Assembly (NCBI RefSeq): GCF_000237865.1
Contig: NC_017459.1
Coordinates: forward strand, 2,760,001-2,792,000
Length of the DNA: 32,000 nt
Direction of reading: 5' to 3'
From: Haloquadratum walsbyi C23
GTDB taxonomy: Archaea > Halobacteriota > Halobacteria > Halobacteriales > Haloferacaceae
Position 1 is the stretch's first letter, and the number at the start of each line of letters is the position of its first letter. The position numbers were made by a program, and so were the translations under genes. This document shows, piece after piece, positions 9,141 through 18,246 of this stretch. The notes under the pieces are model-generated. The model saw only the letters and a list, made by a program, of their open reading frames with translations, had not been told where the DNA came from and ran no database searches.

Positions 9141-9735
9141 TCGTGGGTAGCTGACTCAGGAGTCCAATCACTCATTCTCATGCGATTCGAACTAATTCAC
9201 CAAACTAATCTCATCCGATTACCGGCTGTCCCTGTCCAAATATAGACACACTAGTGCGCATAATTCATTAATCATATACACGTATAATGTATTTACACCG
9301 GGTTTGCACATGTAGTAGCAGTACGAACACTATTCTCCTGACTGTCACCTATGTCGGATGAACACCGGTTTATTGATGACTGAAGCGGATTGATCGATGC
9401 ATACCGAGTCACGTCGTCGAGTGCATTGACAATCTGGCATGTTGCACGTTCTCCACGGTTACTACCCGCGCGGTTGAGCAGAATAATACGACGCTCGCAA
9501 TGTCCGCGACAATATTTAAACGTGACACCAAGCGCACACCGTTGATTGTGGAATAGTAGGGGTGGGACACTCCGAGCAACTCATAAAAACAGAAAGCTCT
9601 AGTCTCAACAAGCGAGGGGCAGAGAACCCCGATCGTAGGAGGGTGGAATAATTCACTCTGTAATCAGTCGTTTTGTGTGTCTGAAATCCACACAGCAATG
9701 TGTCTGGAAGGTCATAATTCAACCATGGCGGTAGT

Positions 9736-10230
9736 ATGACTCCGCTTGGACATCTCGCGCTTGGATTGATTAGTGGTCGAACATTAGAGTATGAGACGAC
9801 TGCTCTTCGATTATGTCTTCTTGCCACGTTTCTTCCGGATATTATCGATAAACCAATGTTTGCAATCGGTGTGTCAATCACCGGTCACACGGTCGGTCAC
9901 TCAGTGCTCACATTCTGTGGCATTAGTATATTACTCATCTCAGTCTCACGACTTCGATTTTTAATCCCGATACTTCCTGGATATGGAAGTCATATCATTG
10001 CTGATTTGATTGTCGCATACCCAAAATTCCTCACGAACTATTTTTGGCCAGTTCTTCCACAGCGCCCAACACCCGATGACCCTGTGATTCAATATTGGAT
10101 TGATTATGCAACGAGTATCACTGGTGTGATTGAACTCATCCCTATCGTTGTTGCTCTATGGATTATTTTCATCGATGGATACATTCCAGTTATCAACACG
10201 ACAACCGAATCCAGTGATATCGAGTCATGA
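9736..10230 (+). CDS. membrane-bound metal-dependent hydrolase-like protein (YdjM/DUF457-like)
   Basis: 164-aa ATG ORF with several hydrophobic helices. N-terminal H6, LPDIIDKP and GHTVGHS motifs fit the DUF457 pattern. Confidence 0.6.
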   Translation: MTPLGHLALGLISGRTLEYETTALRLCLLATFLPDIIDKPMFAIGVSITGHTVGHSVLTFCGISILLISVSRLRFLIPILPGYGSHIIADLIVAYPKFLTNYFWPVLPQRPTPDDPVIQYWIDYATSITGVIELIPIVVALWIIFIDGYIPVINTTTESSDIES

Positions 10231-10305
10231 CAAATAATATCAGATCAACTTACCCCACCCCTGGGTCGGGCTCAGTCACCCATCTTTCATCGAAAGCACT
10301 CGCCT

Positions 10306-11709
10306 CTATATTCCCATATTATTCCAAAGATCTCGGAATGTAGCGAGGAGCCTCTGTCGGGCAGTAATAACTTCACCAATCAGCCACATCATCACAATGA
10401 TCAACGAACCCAGCGCAAATAGAAGATCCCATCCGGTCATCCAGACAGGACGGATCCATGGCGTGACATGCGCCCATTGTGTTGCGATTGCACTCGCTGG
10501 CTCTGCAAGTGGTGTTCCCGCGGATGTTGTTCGTACCCAATCGGCGACACCAACACCGTTATTACTTACAGTCGTTAGATTCGCACTTCCTGTGATTGGA
10601 TAGTTCCCAGATGCGTTTATATCGCGCATTGTTGGTCCGTTCGATTCATCGCCATGTACTACTCGTTCGGCATCGTAGGGTCCCCATGTCGCATAATACT
10701 CCCAAACAACCTCACCCATCGGTGTGACCTCAATCACTCGGTGATTTAATGTATCAACAATGAGCGTATTTCCGTTTGGGAGTCTATCGGCATCTCGCGG
10801 CCATGTGAGCGTATTTGTCCCAACAGTCCAGGTTCGTGTCCACTCGTTATCCAGTTTTGCGTACTCGACAACACGGTCGTTTTCACTATCTGCAACGAGA
10901 ATCGTAGGGGTTCCAGTATCACTCATCAACCAATCAGGATTGTGTTGCTCCTGTAGAATCTCGTGTGCGCCATCACGACCAAGCCGTTCGACGATTTGTT
11001 TTGTTTCAATATCAACGACAATTACTTGATCGAAGTTTCGTGGTGAGAGTAATAATCGATCCTCGCCGATTGGATCGACATCGTTGACATGTGTCCAATC
11101 TTTACTGTATCCACCGTCTGTCTCTGCTGAGAAATGATTCCGAAATTTCCACTGCCATGTGATTGCATCCGTGGACCGATTATAAATGACAACCCGATCA
11201 TCACTCGCATCTGCTGACTCATTCCACTCACGCATATTTGCAATCACGAAGCGGTTCTCACCGAGATAATCAATATCGTGGGTATCTTCCATTGCAAATC
11301 GCTTCTGCCAAACACGTGTTTTTGTTGTTCGATTGAATTCGAATACAACTGTTTCACCTGCACGTGGCGATGACACCAGAAGATTGCCATTTGGGAGTGG
11401 GTCAACATCATAGAACCATGCACTCCCACCGATATTGTCAGTATGTGTCCATTTGAGATCACCGCGTTCATCGACAGCAACTAATCGGGCTGGTTTCTTC
11501 TCATTTGTATTCCCACGGAATGTGTATCCCTGGGCGCTGATAACGGTCGAGCCATTCGCAGGCTTTGTGATTGTTCCCTTCTCAAGCGCCGGTTGTGCGG
11601 ATGCATCATATGTAATTGCTGATGTAATTGATGGGGTAACTAAAATGATAATGAGAAGCACAGTTATCAATCGGATCAAATAAGCCCGTGAGCGAAACGC
11701 GGTGAGCAC
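10306..11709 (-). CDS. arylsulfotransferase (ASST)-like beta-propeller protein, membrane anchored
   Basis: 467-aa ORF with a GTG start. It has an N-terminal hydrophobic anchor (LIRLITVLLIIILV), repeated LPNGN(L/T)L(V/I) and W-rich blades typical of the Arylsulfotran_2 family, and a C-terminal TM helix (LLFALGSLIIVMMWLIGEV). Confidence 0.75.
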   Translation of the reverse strand: MLTAFRSRAYLIRLITVLLIIILVTPSITSAITYDASAQPALEKGTITKPANGSTVISAQGYTFRGNTNEKKPARLVAVDERGDLKWTHTDNIGGSAWFYDVDPLPNGNLLVSSPRAGETVVFEFNRTTKTRVWQKRFAMEDTHDIDYLGENRFVIANMREWNESADASDDRVVIYNRSTDAITWQWKFRNHFSAETDGGYSKDWTHVNDVDPIGEDRLLLSPRNFDQVIVVDIETKQIVERLGRDGAHEILQEQHNPDWLMSDTGTPTILVADSENDRVVEYAKLDNEWTRTWTVGTNTLTWPRDADRLPNGNTLIVDTLNHRVIEVTPMGEVVWEYYATWGPYDAERVVHGDESNGPTMRDINASGNYPITGSANLTTVSNNGVGVADWVRTTSAGTPLAEPASAIATQWAHVTPWIRPVWMTGWDLLFALGSLIIVMMWLIGEVITARQRLLATFRDLWNNMGI

Positions 11710-11803
11710 ATCACGTGGTGAATGTACTCCCTACTGAATCTTTTGCGATACGCTCACTAATATTGACTAAATGAATACTCTCAGCTACGGTTTTATTGCG
11801 CTT

Positions 11804-11833
11804 ATGATATGATATGATATGATATAATATGAT
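11804..11833. repeat. pentanucleotide microsatellite (ATGAT)4-ATAAT-ATGAT
   Basis: Read directly from the sequence. It lies between the permease stop (11855) and the ASST-like gene start (11709). Confidence 0.9.
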
Positions 11834-11854
11834 ACCACGCAATCGCTTGGTTAT

Positions 11855-13267
11855 CTATATTTGCCCAGTGAGTATGCCACTTGTCCGAACAAAGAAATAC
11901 ACGACAAATGCAGCGGCTAATGCCCAATGACCGATACGCACATCAGAGACCTCTCCGGCAGCGAGTTTAACAATCGGATATGACACAATACCAGCAGCGA
12001 TTCCATACGCAATTGAGTAGGTAAATGGCATCACCAAGATTGTCATTCCTGCAGGAATTGTATGTGTAATATCATCCCATTCAATATCAATGACATTCTG
12101 TAACATGACGATTCCAATCACCACTAACGCAATATGTGATGCATAAATCGGAATTGCGGCTGCGAGCGGGATCAAAAGCAATGATCCAACAAACAACGTT
12201 GCAATCGTTAATGCAGTAAGCCCAGTTGAACCACCCTCTTTCACTCCTGAAGCGGATTCAATATATGTTGTCACTGTCGATGTTCCAAGCATCCCACCGA
12301 CGGTCGTTCCAATTGCATCTGCCATGAGCGGACGGTCAATGTCTGGAAAATTCCCTGTATCATCAAGAAAATCACCTGCCTGCCCCACCCCAACGAGTGT
12401 TCCAGCAGTGTCGAAGAAATCCACAAAAAAGAATGTAAATATAATAAGCGCAAATGAAAATGCTTCGACGTCACCAAGTCCAGATATGAATGCCCCTGCA
12501 AGTGGAGTAATATCATATGAGACGGCTGTTGATCCAGCAACAAGACCAGCATCAGGGGTGAACGGTCCGAAGGTGGTGAGTGCCCATCCACCCAGTGTTG
12601 TCAGGACAATCCCGATAATAATCGATCCGGGAATCCCGCGTGCATAAAGCGCAAGCGTAATAAATAGTCCAAGGACTGAAAGAAAGGCTACTGGATCTGA
12701 CGCAACTGAGCCAAGTGTAATGAGTGTTGCACTATCATCAACGACAATCCCCATTGCTTGCAGTCCAATAATTGTTAAAAATAGCCCAATTCCCGTTCCA
12801 ACAGCGAACTTCACCGGTTCTGGAAACGCTCGGATAATATATTCACGAGCACCGACCGCAGTAAGTATAATAAAGATAATCCCCTCAACAACAACGGCTG
12901 CCAGCGCTGTCTGCCATGGGATACCAAGCGCTCCGACGACAGTAAACGCAAAAAATGCGTTTAATCCAAGCCCTGGCGCCTGTGCAAATGGTCGATTTGC
13001 ATATATCGCCATGATGAATGTTGCTGTTGCTGCAGCGATGATTGTCACCACCGCTAACATTGATTGAACCTCGCCGGGTGCCATCCCGGAAATTGCAATA
13101 CCATCTGCTCCTGGAATCCCTGGTTGATCGGTTAACACAGATGGATTCACAATAACGATATATGACATCGTCAGAAATGTTGTCACCCCTGCAAGAATCT
13201 CGGTTCGGATAGATGACCCATGTTCTTGTATATCGAAATAGTCATTGACCGTCTCAGAAAGTCCCAT
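11855..13267 (-). CDS. NCS2-family purine permease (AzgA/PbuG-like, adenine/guanine/hypoxanthine)
   Basis: 470-aa polytopic membrane ORF. The N-terminus FDIQEHGSSIRTEILAGVTTFLTMSYIVIVNPSVL is characteristic of the AzgA subfamily. Confidence 0.88.
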   Translation of the reverse strand: MGLSETVNDYFDIQEHGSSIRTEILAGVTTFLTMSYIVIVNPSVLTDQPGIPGADGIAISGMAPGEVQSMLAVVTIIAAATATFIMAIYANRPFAQAPGLGLNAFFAFTVVGALGIPWQTALAAVVVEGIIFIILTAVGAREYIIRAFPEPVKFAVGTGIGLFLTIIGLQAMGIVVDDSATLITLGSVASDPVAFLSVLGLFITLALYARGIPGSIIIGIVLTTLGGWALTTFGPFTPDAGLVAGSTAVSYDITPLAGAFISGLGDVEAFSFALIIFTFFFVDFFDTAGTLVGVGQAGDFLDDTGNFPDIDRPLMADAIGTTVGGMLGTSTVTTYIESASGVKEGGSTGLTALTIATLFVGSLLLIPLAAAIPIYASHIALVVIGIVMLQNVIDIEWDDITHTIPAGMTILVMPFTYSIAYGIAAGIVSYPIVKLAAGEVSDVRIGHWALAAAFVVYFFVRTSGILTGQI

Positions 13268-13346
13268 AATACACGTTTGAGCATGAACTTAACAAACGAT
13301 ATAAATATTTCTATTGCTCATCACATCTCGTGATCTGATGTTTGAA

Positions 13347-14066
13347 TCAACGAGTATCAAACTCTGATAATGCCCCAACAGGGACATCCGTCTGTGTGCG
13401 TGCTTTCTTGATTCCTTTTGTCCCGACAGCGATGAGTGCGAACACGCCTGTGACTTCTGCATCCGCTTGTCCGACAATGTCAAGTAATACCTCCTGTGTT
13501 TCCCCTGAGCGGATTAAATCATCAACGACAAGAACTGACTCACCGGTATTAACTGCGCATGTGGGAAGATAATATGTTAACTCGATACCCGATGCAAGAC
13601 GCTGACGAGATTCGATAAACTCCTCAACGGCAGTCTCTTTTGATTTTTTGGCGTATGCAATGCGAGAGTCGAAATAACTCGCCATCGCCGCACCAAGTGT
13701 AATCCCATCTGTCGCAGCTGTCAATACAACGTCTGGGCGCTCAAATGCAAACGTATCTGCAGCGACAGGAGCAACAAGATTGAGAAACGACTGATCAAAT
13801 ACAACACCCGAGTTATCGACATAGCCCTCATCATCAAATTCAACTCGTGCATGCAATTCAGCAGCGAGTGCTTCCTGTCCAACATCATCGACGAGCTGAC
13901 TTGCACGGTTCGTGCCCGGAAGAACATGCCCATTTACATATCGACTTAGATCGCCAGATGGTAACCCCGTTAATTCAGCGAGCTCATCATATGTTCGTGT
14001 TTCTTTCAGCATCCGGAGGACAGCTACAGCCTGTAATTGTAATGTTGCTTTCTCCGCTCGATTCAT
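13347..14066 (-). CDS. HTH-domain + phosphoribosyltransferase-domain protein (PyrE-like regulator, GfcR-type architecture)
   Basis: Track ORF 13347..14102 trimmed to ATG 14066. N-terminal winged-helix/HTH-like segment (TYDELAELTGLPSGDLSRYVNG). C-terminal type-I PRT domain with PRPP loop VLVVDDLIRSGET. Confidence 0.82.
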   Translation of the reverse strand: MNRAEKATLQLQAVAVLRMLKETRTYDELAELTGLPSGDLSRYVNGHVLPGTNRASQLVDDVGQEALAAELHARVEFDDEGYVDNSGVVFDQSFLNLVAPVAADTFAFERPDVVLTAATDGITLGAAMASYFDSRIAYAKKSKETAVEEFIESRQRLASGIELTYYLPTCAVNTGESVLVVDDLIRSGETQEVLLDIVGQADAEVTGVFALIAVGTKGIKKARTQTDVPVGALSEFDTR

Positions 14067-14193
14067 GTTTTTGTTTCCATAGGCACATCTGTATGAATAC
14101 AACGATACATCTAGGACTCAAAATACACACAAACGTGTCTACTTCTCGTTATGATTATCTCAGGTTTTGCATCTCAGCAGTGTCTGATCGGCA

Positions 14194-14742
14194 TCATACA
14201 TTTTTGTCATCTACAAGAAGATCAGTAGCTGTAACAAGCGCCTCCATTTCAACATTATTTGATTCGAGTTGCTCACGTGCACCCTCTTGTCTATCAACAA
14301 CGACGAATACACGTTCAACAGTCGCTCCTACATCTCGAAGTGCATTCACGGCTTCAACTGCACTTGTTCCGGTTGTTGCGATATCTTCAAGCACAACAAC
14401 CTCTTCATCTTCGTTCAATCTCCCTTCAATTCGATTACCCGTTCCGTACTTTTTTGTTTTCTTTCGAACAACAACATACGGCTGTCCTGCAACAGTACTT
14501 GTTACCGCAACAAGCGGGACAGCACCCAATGCAACACCTGCAAGAGTCGTTTCATTAATTCGGTCGGCGAATGCAGATGCGATTATCTGGAGACATTTTG
14601 GGTCAGTCTCAAACAGGTACTTGTCGATATAATACGCTGAAGTTCCTCCGTGTGAGAGTTCAAATTCACCATACTGGACAGCATCAGCATTTCGAAGTGC
14701 AGCGACAATATCCTCCGTTGTTGGTGATTGTGGTATTGTCAT
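14194..14742 (-). CDS. pyrE: orotate phosphoribosyltransferase
   Basis: 182-aa ORF. Motifs: [18 protein letters not shown], the RKKTKKYGT flexible loop, and PRPP motif [13 protein letters not shown]. Confidence 0.92.
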   Translation of the reverse strand: MTIPQSPTTEDIVAALRNADAVQYGEFELSHGGTSAYYIDKYLFETDPKCLQIIASAFADRINETTLAGVALGAVPLVAVTSTVAGQPYVVVRKKTKKYGTGNRIEGRLNEDEEVVVLEDIATTGTSAVEAVNALRDVGATVERVFVVVDRQEGAREQLESNNVEMEALVTATDLLVDDKNV

Positions 14743-15005
14743 AATCTGAGTCGTTGGTACAACCCTACTGCCCAGTAAATTAAATCAGGCGGTTCACATT
14801 GATCGAATGTAGCACGTGCAATGAACGGAGTTTGTCAACGATATTGAAACATACTGTGTTCATGGCTGTGATATTAAGATATTGTGATATTTATAGGCGC
14901 TAATGGTCGAGACCCGGAGGTTGGATGTGGCGTGACCTCGAGTGCTTCACGCTGTGCAAGACAAGTCACATGACATTCGTCGAAATATGGGATTGGGATA
15001 TCTGA

Positions 15006-15551
15006 CTAGTACGGCTCCTTCTTGAATCCAAGCACATACGCTCCAGCATTTGTTCCAAGATGTAATATCGGCGTCAGAATGAACACAGCAATCACGACAG
15101 GAGGTGTAAATGTCGCAATGACCCAGCGTGGTGCCAAAATAACCGCGCATAAAATTCCTCCGACAACGAAATCAAGTTGATCAATTACTGGAAATGGTAC
15201 CCCTCGCCGTCGACCACTCCGACGCTTAAAAAATGAGGCAACGATATCACCGAACATCGCTCCGAATGCAAGCCCTACAGCCGCCTCAAGTGAAAATGGT
15301 GTGAGATCAGCACCCACACGTGTAAGAATCGGAAGTATTGTATTTAATCCGAGCGCGACTGCCACTCCAGCGAGCGTTCCGAAACCTGTTCCGCGCCATG
15401 TTTTTCCATCACCAAGTATCCGCCGACCACCGAGTGTTCGTCCGCCATCAATTGGCGTCCCACCGCCAGCCAGGACTGCTACGTTATTCGGAACGTATGC
15501 TGGGAGCATGGTCCATACTGCAGTGGCGACTACTTCGATGATCATATCCAT
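15006..15551 (-). CDS. carS: CDP-archaeol synthase (CDP-2,3-bis-O-geranylgeranyl-sn-glycerol synthase)
   Basis: 181-aa membrane ORF. Motifs: [27 protein letters not shown] and DQLDF, as in the DUF46/CarS family. Confidence 0.85.
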   Translation of the reverse strand: MDMIIEVVATAVWTMLPAYVPNNVAVLAGGGTPIDGGRTLGGRRILGDGKTWRGTGFGTLAGVAVALGLNTILPILTRVGADLTPFSLEAAVGLAFGAMFGDIVASFFKRRSGRRRGVPFPVIDQLDFVVGGILCAVILAPRWVIATFTPPVVIAVFILTPILHLGTNAGAYVLGFKKEPY

Positions 15552-15681
15552 GGATTATATAGAGTTGATAATAGCAGCAACGATATGTGAGCATATATGA
15601 TGTATCGATTTGACTCCATATCGGTGATTAATACACGAGTATATAGACCTGAATAAGATCATCTTAATGAGCGACCCCGGC

Positions 15682-15981
15682 TTATTCAACTGTCAGAGAC
15701 AGCTTTGTCAAGCACGGGGGTTCCAGCGAAGTTTCCTTCAGAGTCTGACGAAATTCACCAGCAGAGAGACTTATTCGTTGTGGGGTGTCCACAGTCCTCA
15801 CTAGACTCTCTTTCTCAAACGGTTTGTTTGGGAGTTTGAGCGTGCCTGTCTGAACAGTAGCGAAACGACAAGAACGGATGGTGTTACCGTCTGTGTTAGT
15901 GGTTTGAATTAGTTCCACGTTAGACAATAACTTATGTGTTAGCTTAGATATTAACTGTCGTAGTCTATCGGGCGTATCCAC
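15682..15981 (-). CDS. hypothetical protein (doubtful)
   Basis: 99-aa ORF with a GTG start. Its composition is not acidic, unlike its neighbours, and no family is recognised. It could be a gene fragment or non-coding. Confidence 0.2.
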   Translation of the reverse strand: MDTPDRLRQLISKLTHKLLSNVELIQTTNTDGNTIRSCRFATVQTGTLKLPNKPFEKESLVRTVDTPQRISLSAGEFRQTLKETSLEPPCLTKLSLTVE

Positions 15982-16213
15982 TCAAAATTAGATATAATGG
16001 ATATTCCTCGTCATCATGTCTTAATATAAGTGTTTCAAAGATTCAAATTCTCAGCGAATAATTTTGACGATTCATGGGTCTCATATTGAATAAAATAAAC
16101 AGAATGACTGAGTTGGATATGATAGTTTGTAACTGACTTTGATAGATTAATCCATTCCAGTAGAATAAATAAGAGTCATTTTATATCTTTGCGAGTGAAA
16201 TTTATAATAATCA

Positions 16214-16834
16214 ATGTCTTCTTGGAGACGTGATTTCGCGAGTGGGCTTGTCGTTGTTGTCCCTCTATTGGTTATCTTATCAGTGGTCAACTATCTCTAC
16301 TCGCGAATTGTGAGCCTGCCATTTGTCCGTCGACTGCAGGAGCCGTTTGGATTTTTTGCTGCTATCATTGTCTTTGTGCTGTTGATTTTCTCTGTTGGGT
16401 ATTTAATGCGAACAACAGCCGGACGACTGATTGAAAACTATCTTGATGCGGCAATGAACCGTGTCCCACTCATCCGGGTGCTCTACAATGCGTCAAAACT
16501 TGCTGTTGAAACAGCACTGAGTGGGACCGAAGAGCTCCAAACGCCTGTCAAGGTTGAGACATGGCCTGGAATGCGGATGACAGCATTCAAGACAGGAAAA
16601 ACAACAGTAGATGGTCGAGAGGTCCTATTTATGCCAACCGCACCGAATATTACCACTGGATTTATTATTGAAGTTGAAACCTCGGATATCACTGAGACCG
16701 ATGAGACCGTTGAGGAAGCATTAACACGGACATTATCGGCTGGATTCGCAGATGAGGATCGCAATGCAAGCACTGGATCCGCTACAGGAGCCAATTTTAG
16801 CACTACAGAAAATATTGATTCATCAGACAATTAA
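16214..16834 (+). CDS. DUF502-family membrane protein
   Basis: 206-aa ATG ORF with two N-terminal TM helices, then PTAPNITTGFIIEV and SVEEA-like (ETVEEALTRTLSAGF) motifs typical of DUF502. Confidence 0.78.
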   Translation: MSSWRRDFASGLVVVVPLLVILSVVNYLYSRIVSLPFVRRLQEPFGFFAAIIVFVLLIFSVGYLMRTTAGRLIENYLDAAMNRVPLIRVLYNASKLAVETALSGTEELQTPVKVETWPGMRMTAFKTGKTTVDGREVLFMPTAPNITTGFIIEVETSDITETDETVEEALTRTLSAGFADEDRNASTGSATGANFSTTENIDSSDN

Positions 16835-17025
16835 TGATATCATAAAGCTAAGACTGATTCCTCGGTTCAGAACTAAAGACGTCCGTTATTTTACTAGACT
16901 ATACCCCATTTGTAACGCACTGCGTGCTCGTGTTCATTTTCCTAGACATAACTACGAGTCCCCGAGCGTTTGATACATGACTCCGATGGAGTCTTAAGAC
17001 AATCTAAATATCCGATGAGTGCGAT

Positions 17026-17955
17026 TCAGAGATATGTAAACCACTCTTCATGCGCGCTTGTTTCTCGATCAATAAGATCGAAGAATGCCTGTTGAAGTTC
17101 CTCTGTCACTGGACCTCTGCTTCCATCCCCAATTTCAACATTATCGACCTTTCGAATTGGTGTCACTTCAGCAGCAGTCCCGGTGAAAAACAATTCATCA
17201 GCAGTGTTGAGTTCACCGCGTGATATTGTTGCACGGTCATGGACAGTGTATCCTCGGTCTCGAGCAAGTTCGATAACAGTATTACGAGTGATTCCATCAA
17301 GAATACTTTCTGAAAGTCCAGGTGTGTATATTTCACCATCGCGAATCATGAAGATATTTTCTCCAGGACCCTCAGCAACATTGCCTTCCTTATTAAGTAC
17401 AATTGCCTCAGTGTATCCGTTTCGCCGTGCTTCCTCACCAGCAAGTAATGAATTGACATATAAGCCGGTTGTCTTTGCATTTGTCGGAATCTGACTTGAT
17501 GCATGCTTTCGCCATGACGAAATCATAACCTCGACACCCTTTGTGAGCGCTTCCTCACCAAGATATGCCCCCCACGGCCATGCAGCGATCGCTACATCAA
17601 CTGGATTATCTCCCGGACTTACGCCGAGTGATCCATACCCATAAAATGCGACCGGGCGAATATAACATGATTCTAGTTTCTCACGACGTAGTAATTCTAA
17701 TGTTGCTGTCGTTAGTTCTTCTCGTGTGTATGGGATTTCCATATCATATGGCTGTGCTGACTGATACAATCGTTCAAGATGCTCATCCCATCGGAAGATT
17801 GCAGGTCCATTTTGTGTATCATAACACCGCACACCCTCAAAAACACCCGTTCCATAGTGAAGTCCGTGCGTGAGAACATGCACCGTTGCATCGTCCCAAT
17901 CGACAAACGAACCGTCCTGCCAAATCGTCTCGACGTCCATCTCGTCAAATTCCAT
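17026..17955 (-). CDS. ilvE: branched-chain amino acid aminotransferase
   Basis: Track ORF 17026..18024 trimmed to ATG 17955 (MEFDEMDVETIWQDG...). PLP fold-type IV motifs: HGLHYGTGVFEGVRCY, NAKTTGLYVNS, EGPGENIF, FFTGTAAEVTPI. Confidence 0.92.
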   Translation of the reverse strand: MEFDEMDVETIWQDGSFVDWDDATVHVLTHGLHYGTGVFEGVRCYDTQNGPAIFRWDEHLERLYQSAQPYDMEIPYTREELTTATLELLRREKLESCYIRPVAFYGYGSLGVSPGDNPVDVAIAAWPWGAYLGEEALTKGVEVMISSWRKHASSQIPTNAKTTGLYVNSLLAGEEARRNGYTEAIVLNKEGNVAEGPGENIFMIRDGEIYTPGLSESILDGITRNTVIELARDRGYTVHDRATISRGELNTADELFFTGTAAEVTPIRKVDNVEIGDGSRGPVTEELQQAFFDLIDRETSAHEEWFTYL

Positions 17956-18050
17956 ATGGCGTCGTTTACGGCCTGACGTATAAAGAGTACGCGACAACAA
18001 ATTTTGAACTACTATATCATCCAATCTATCTTATTGACATCCTCCTCCGC

Positions 18051-18155
18051 CTATAGTTCACAGAAAAACTGGGTATTTAATTAGACGTGCATCAGTCAGG
18101 ATAGTTCTCTTGCATTGAATTAGTGAATCGGTTCGTCCAGAAGTTCGTTGAATCA
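18051..18155 (-). repeat. repeat copy B (inverted copy of 9033-9140)
   Basis: See copy A. It lies 96-200 nt upstream of the ilvE start codon. Confidence 0.7.
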
Positions 18156-18222
18156 ATAAAGGCGGAAGGAATCCTACGGCACCGCACCGCTTCGCTGGGT
18201 TGGGAGTGTCAGCTTTGGCTCT

Positions 18223-18246
18223 GGGTTTGGGTTTGGGTTTGGGTTT
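18223..18246. repeat. hexanucleotide tandem repeat (GGGTTT)4
   Basis: Read directly from the sequence. A second short repeat, GTCACT-GTCACT-GTCACC, is at 18397-18414. Confidence 0.9.

Noticed and set aside
9370-9440. C/D-box sRNA-like elements (TGATGA immediately followed by CTGA)
   Set aside because: The C and D boxes are adjacent, so there is no guide spacing. There are no terminal-stem or C'/D' boxes in a sensible arrangement.
9293-9881. Open frames on the - strand (track ORF 9516..9881, and a start-less ~90-codon frame ending at 9293)
   Set aside because: They are Cys/Arg-rich and basic. One lacks any start codon and the other overlaps the start of the 9736 gene. I looked for tyrosine-integrase motifs here as the possible island end and found none.
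13847-14632. 261-aa + strand ORF spanning the HTH-PRT and pyrE genes
   Set aside because: It is antisense to two genes with clear family motifs. Its translation is Ser/Thr/His-rich low complexity with no recognisable domain.
18196-18204. Possible att-like duplicate of the tRNA-Val 3' end (CCCAACCCA on the - strand)
   Set aside because: It is only a 9-nt match, far from the island and inside repeat debris, so chance is the simplest explanation. No longer copy of 5625-5654 was seen between 8474 and 9735.
18223-18246. Tandem repeats considered as a CRISPR array or telomere-like sequence
   Set aside because: The unit is only 6 nt with no spacers, and there are four copies. It is a microsatellite, not a CRISPR array.
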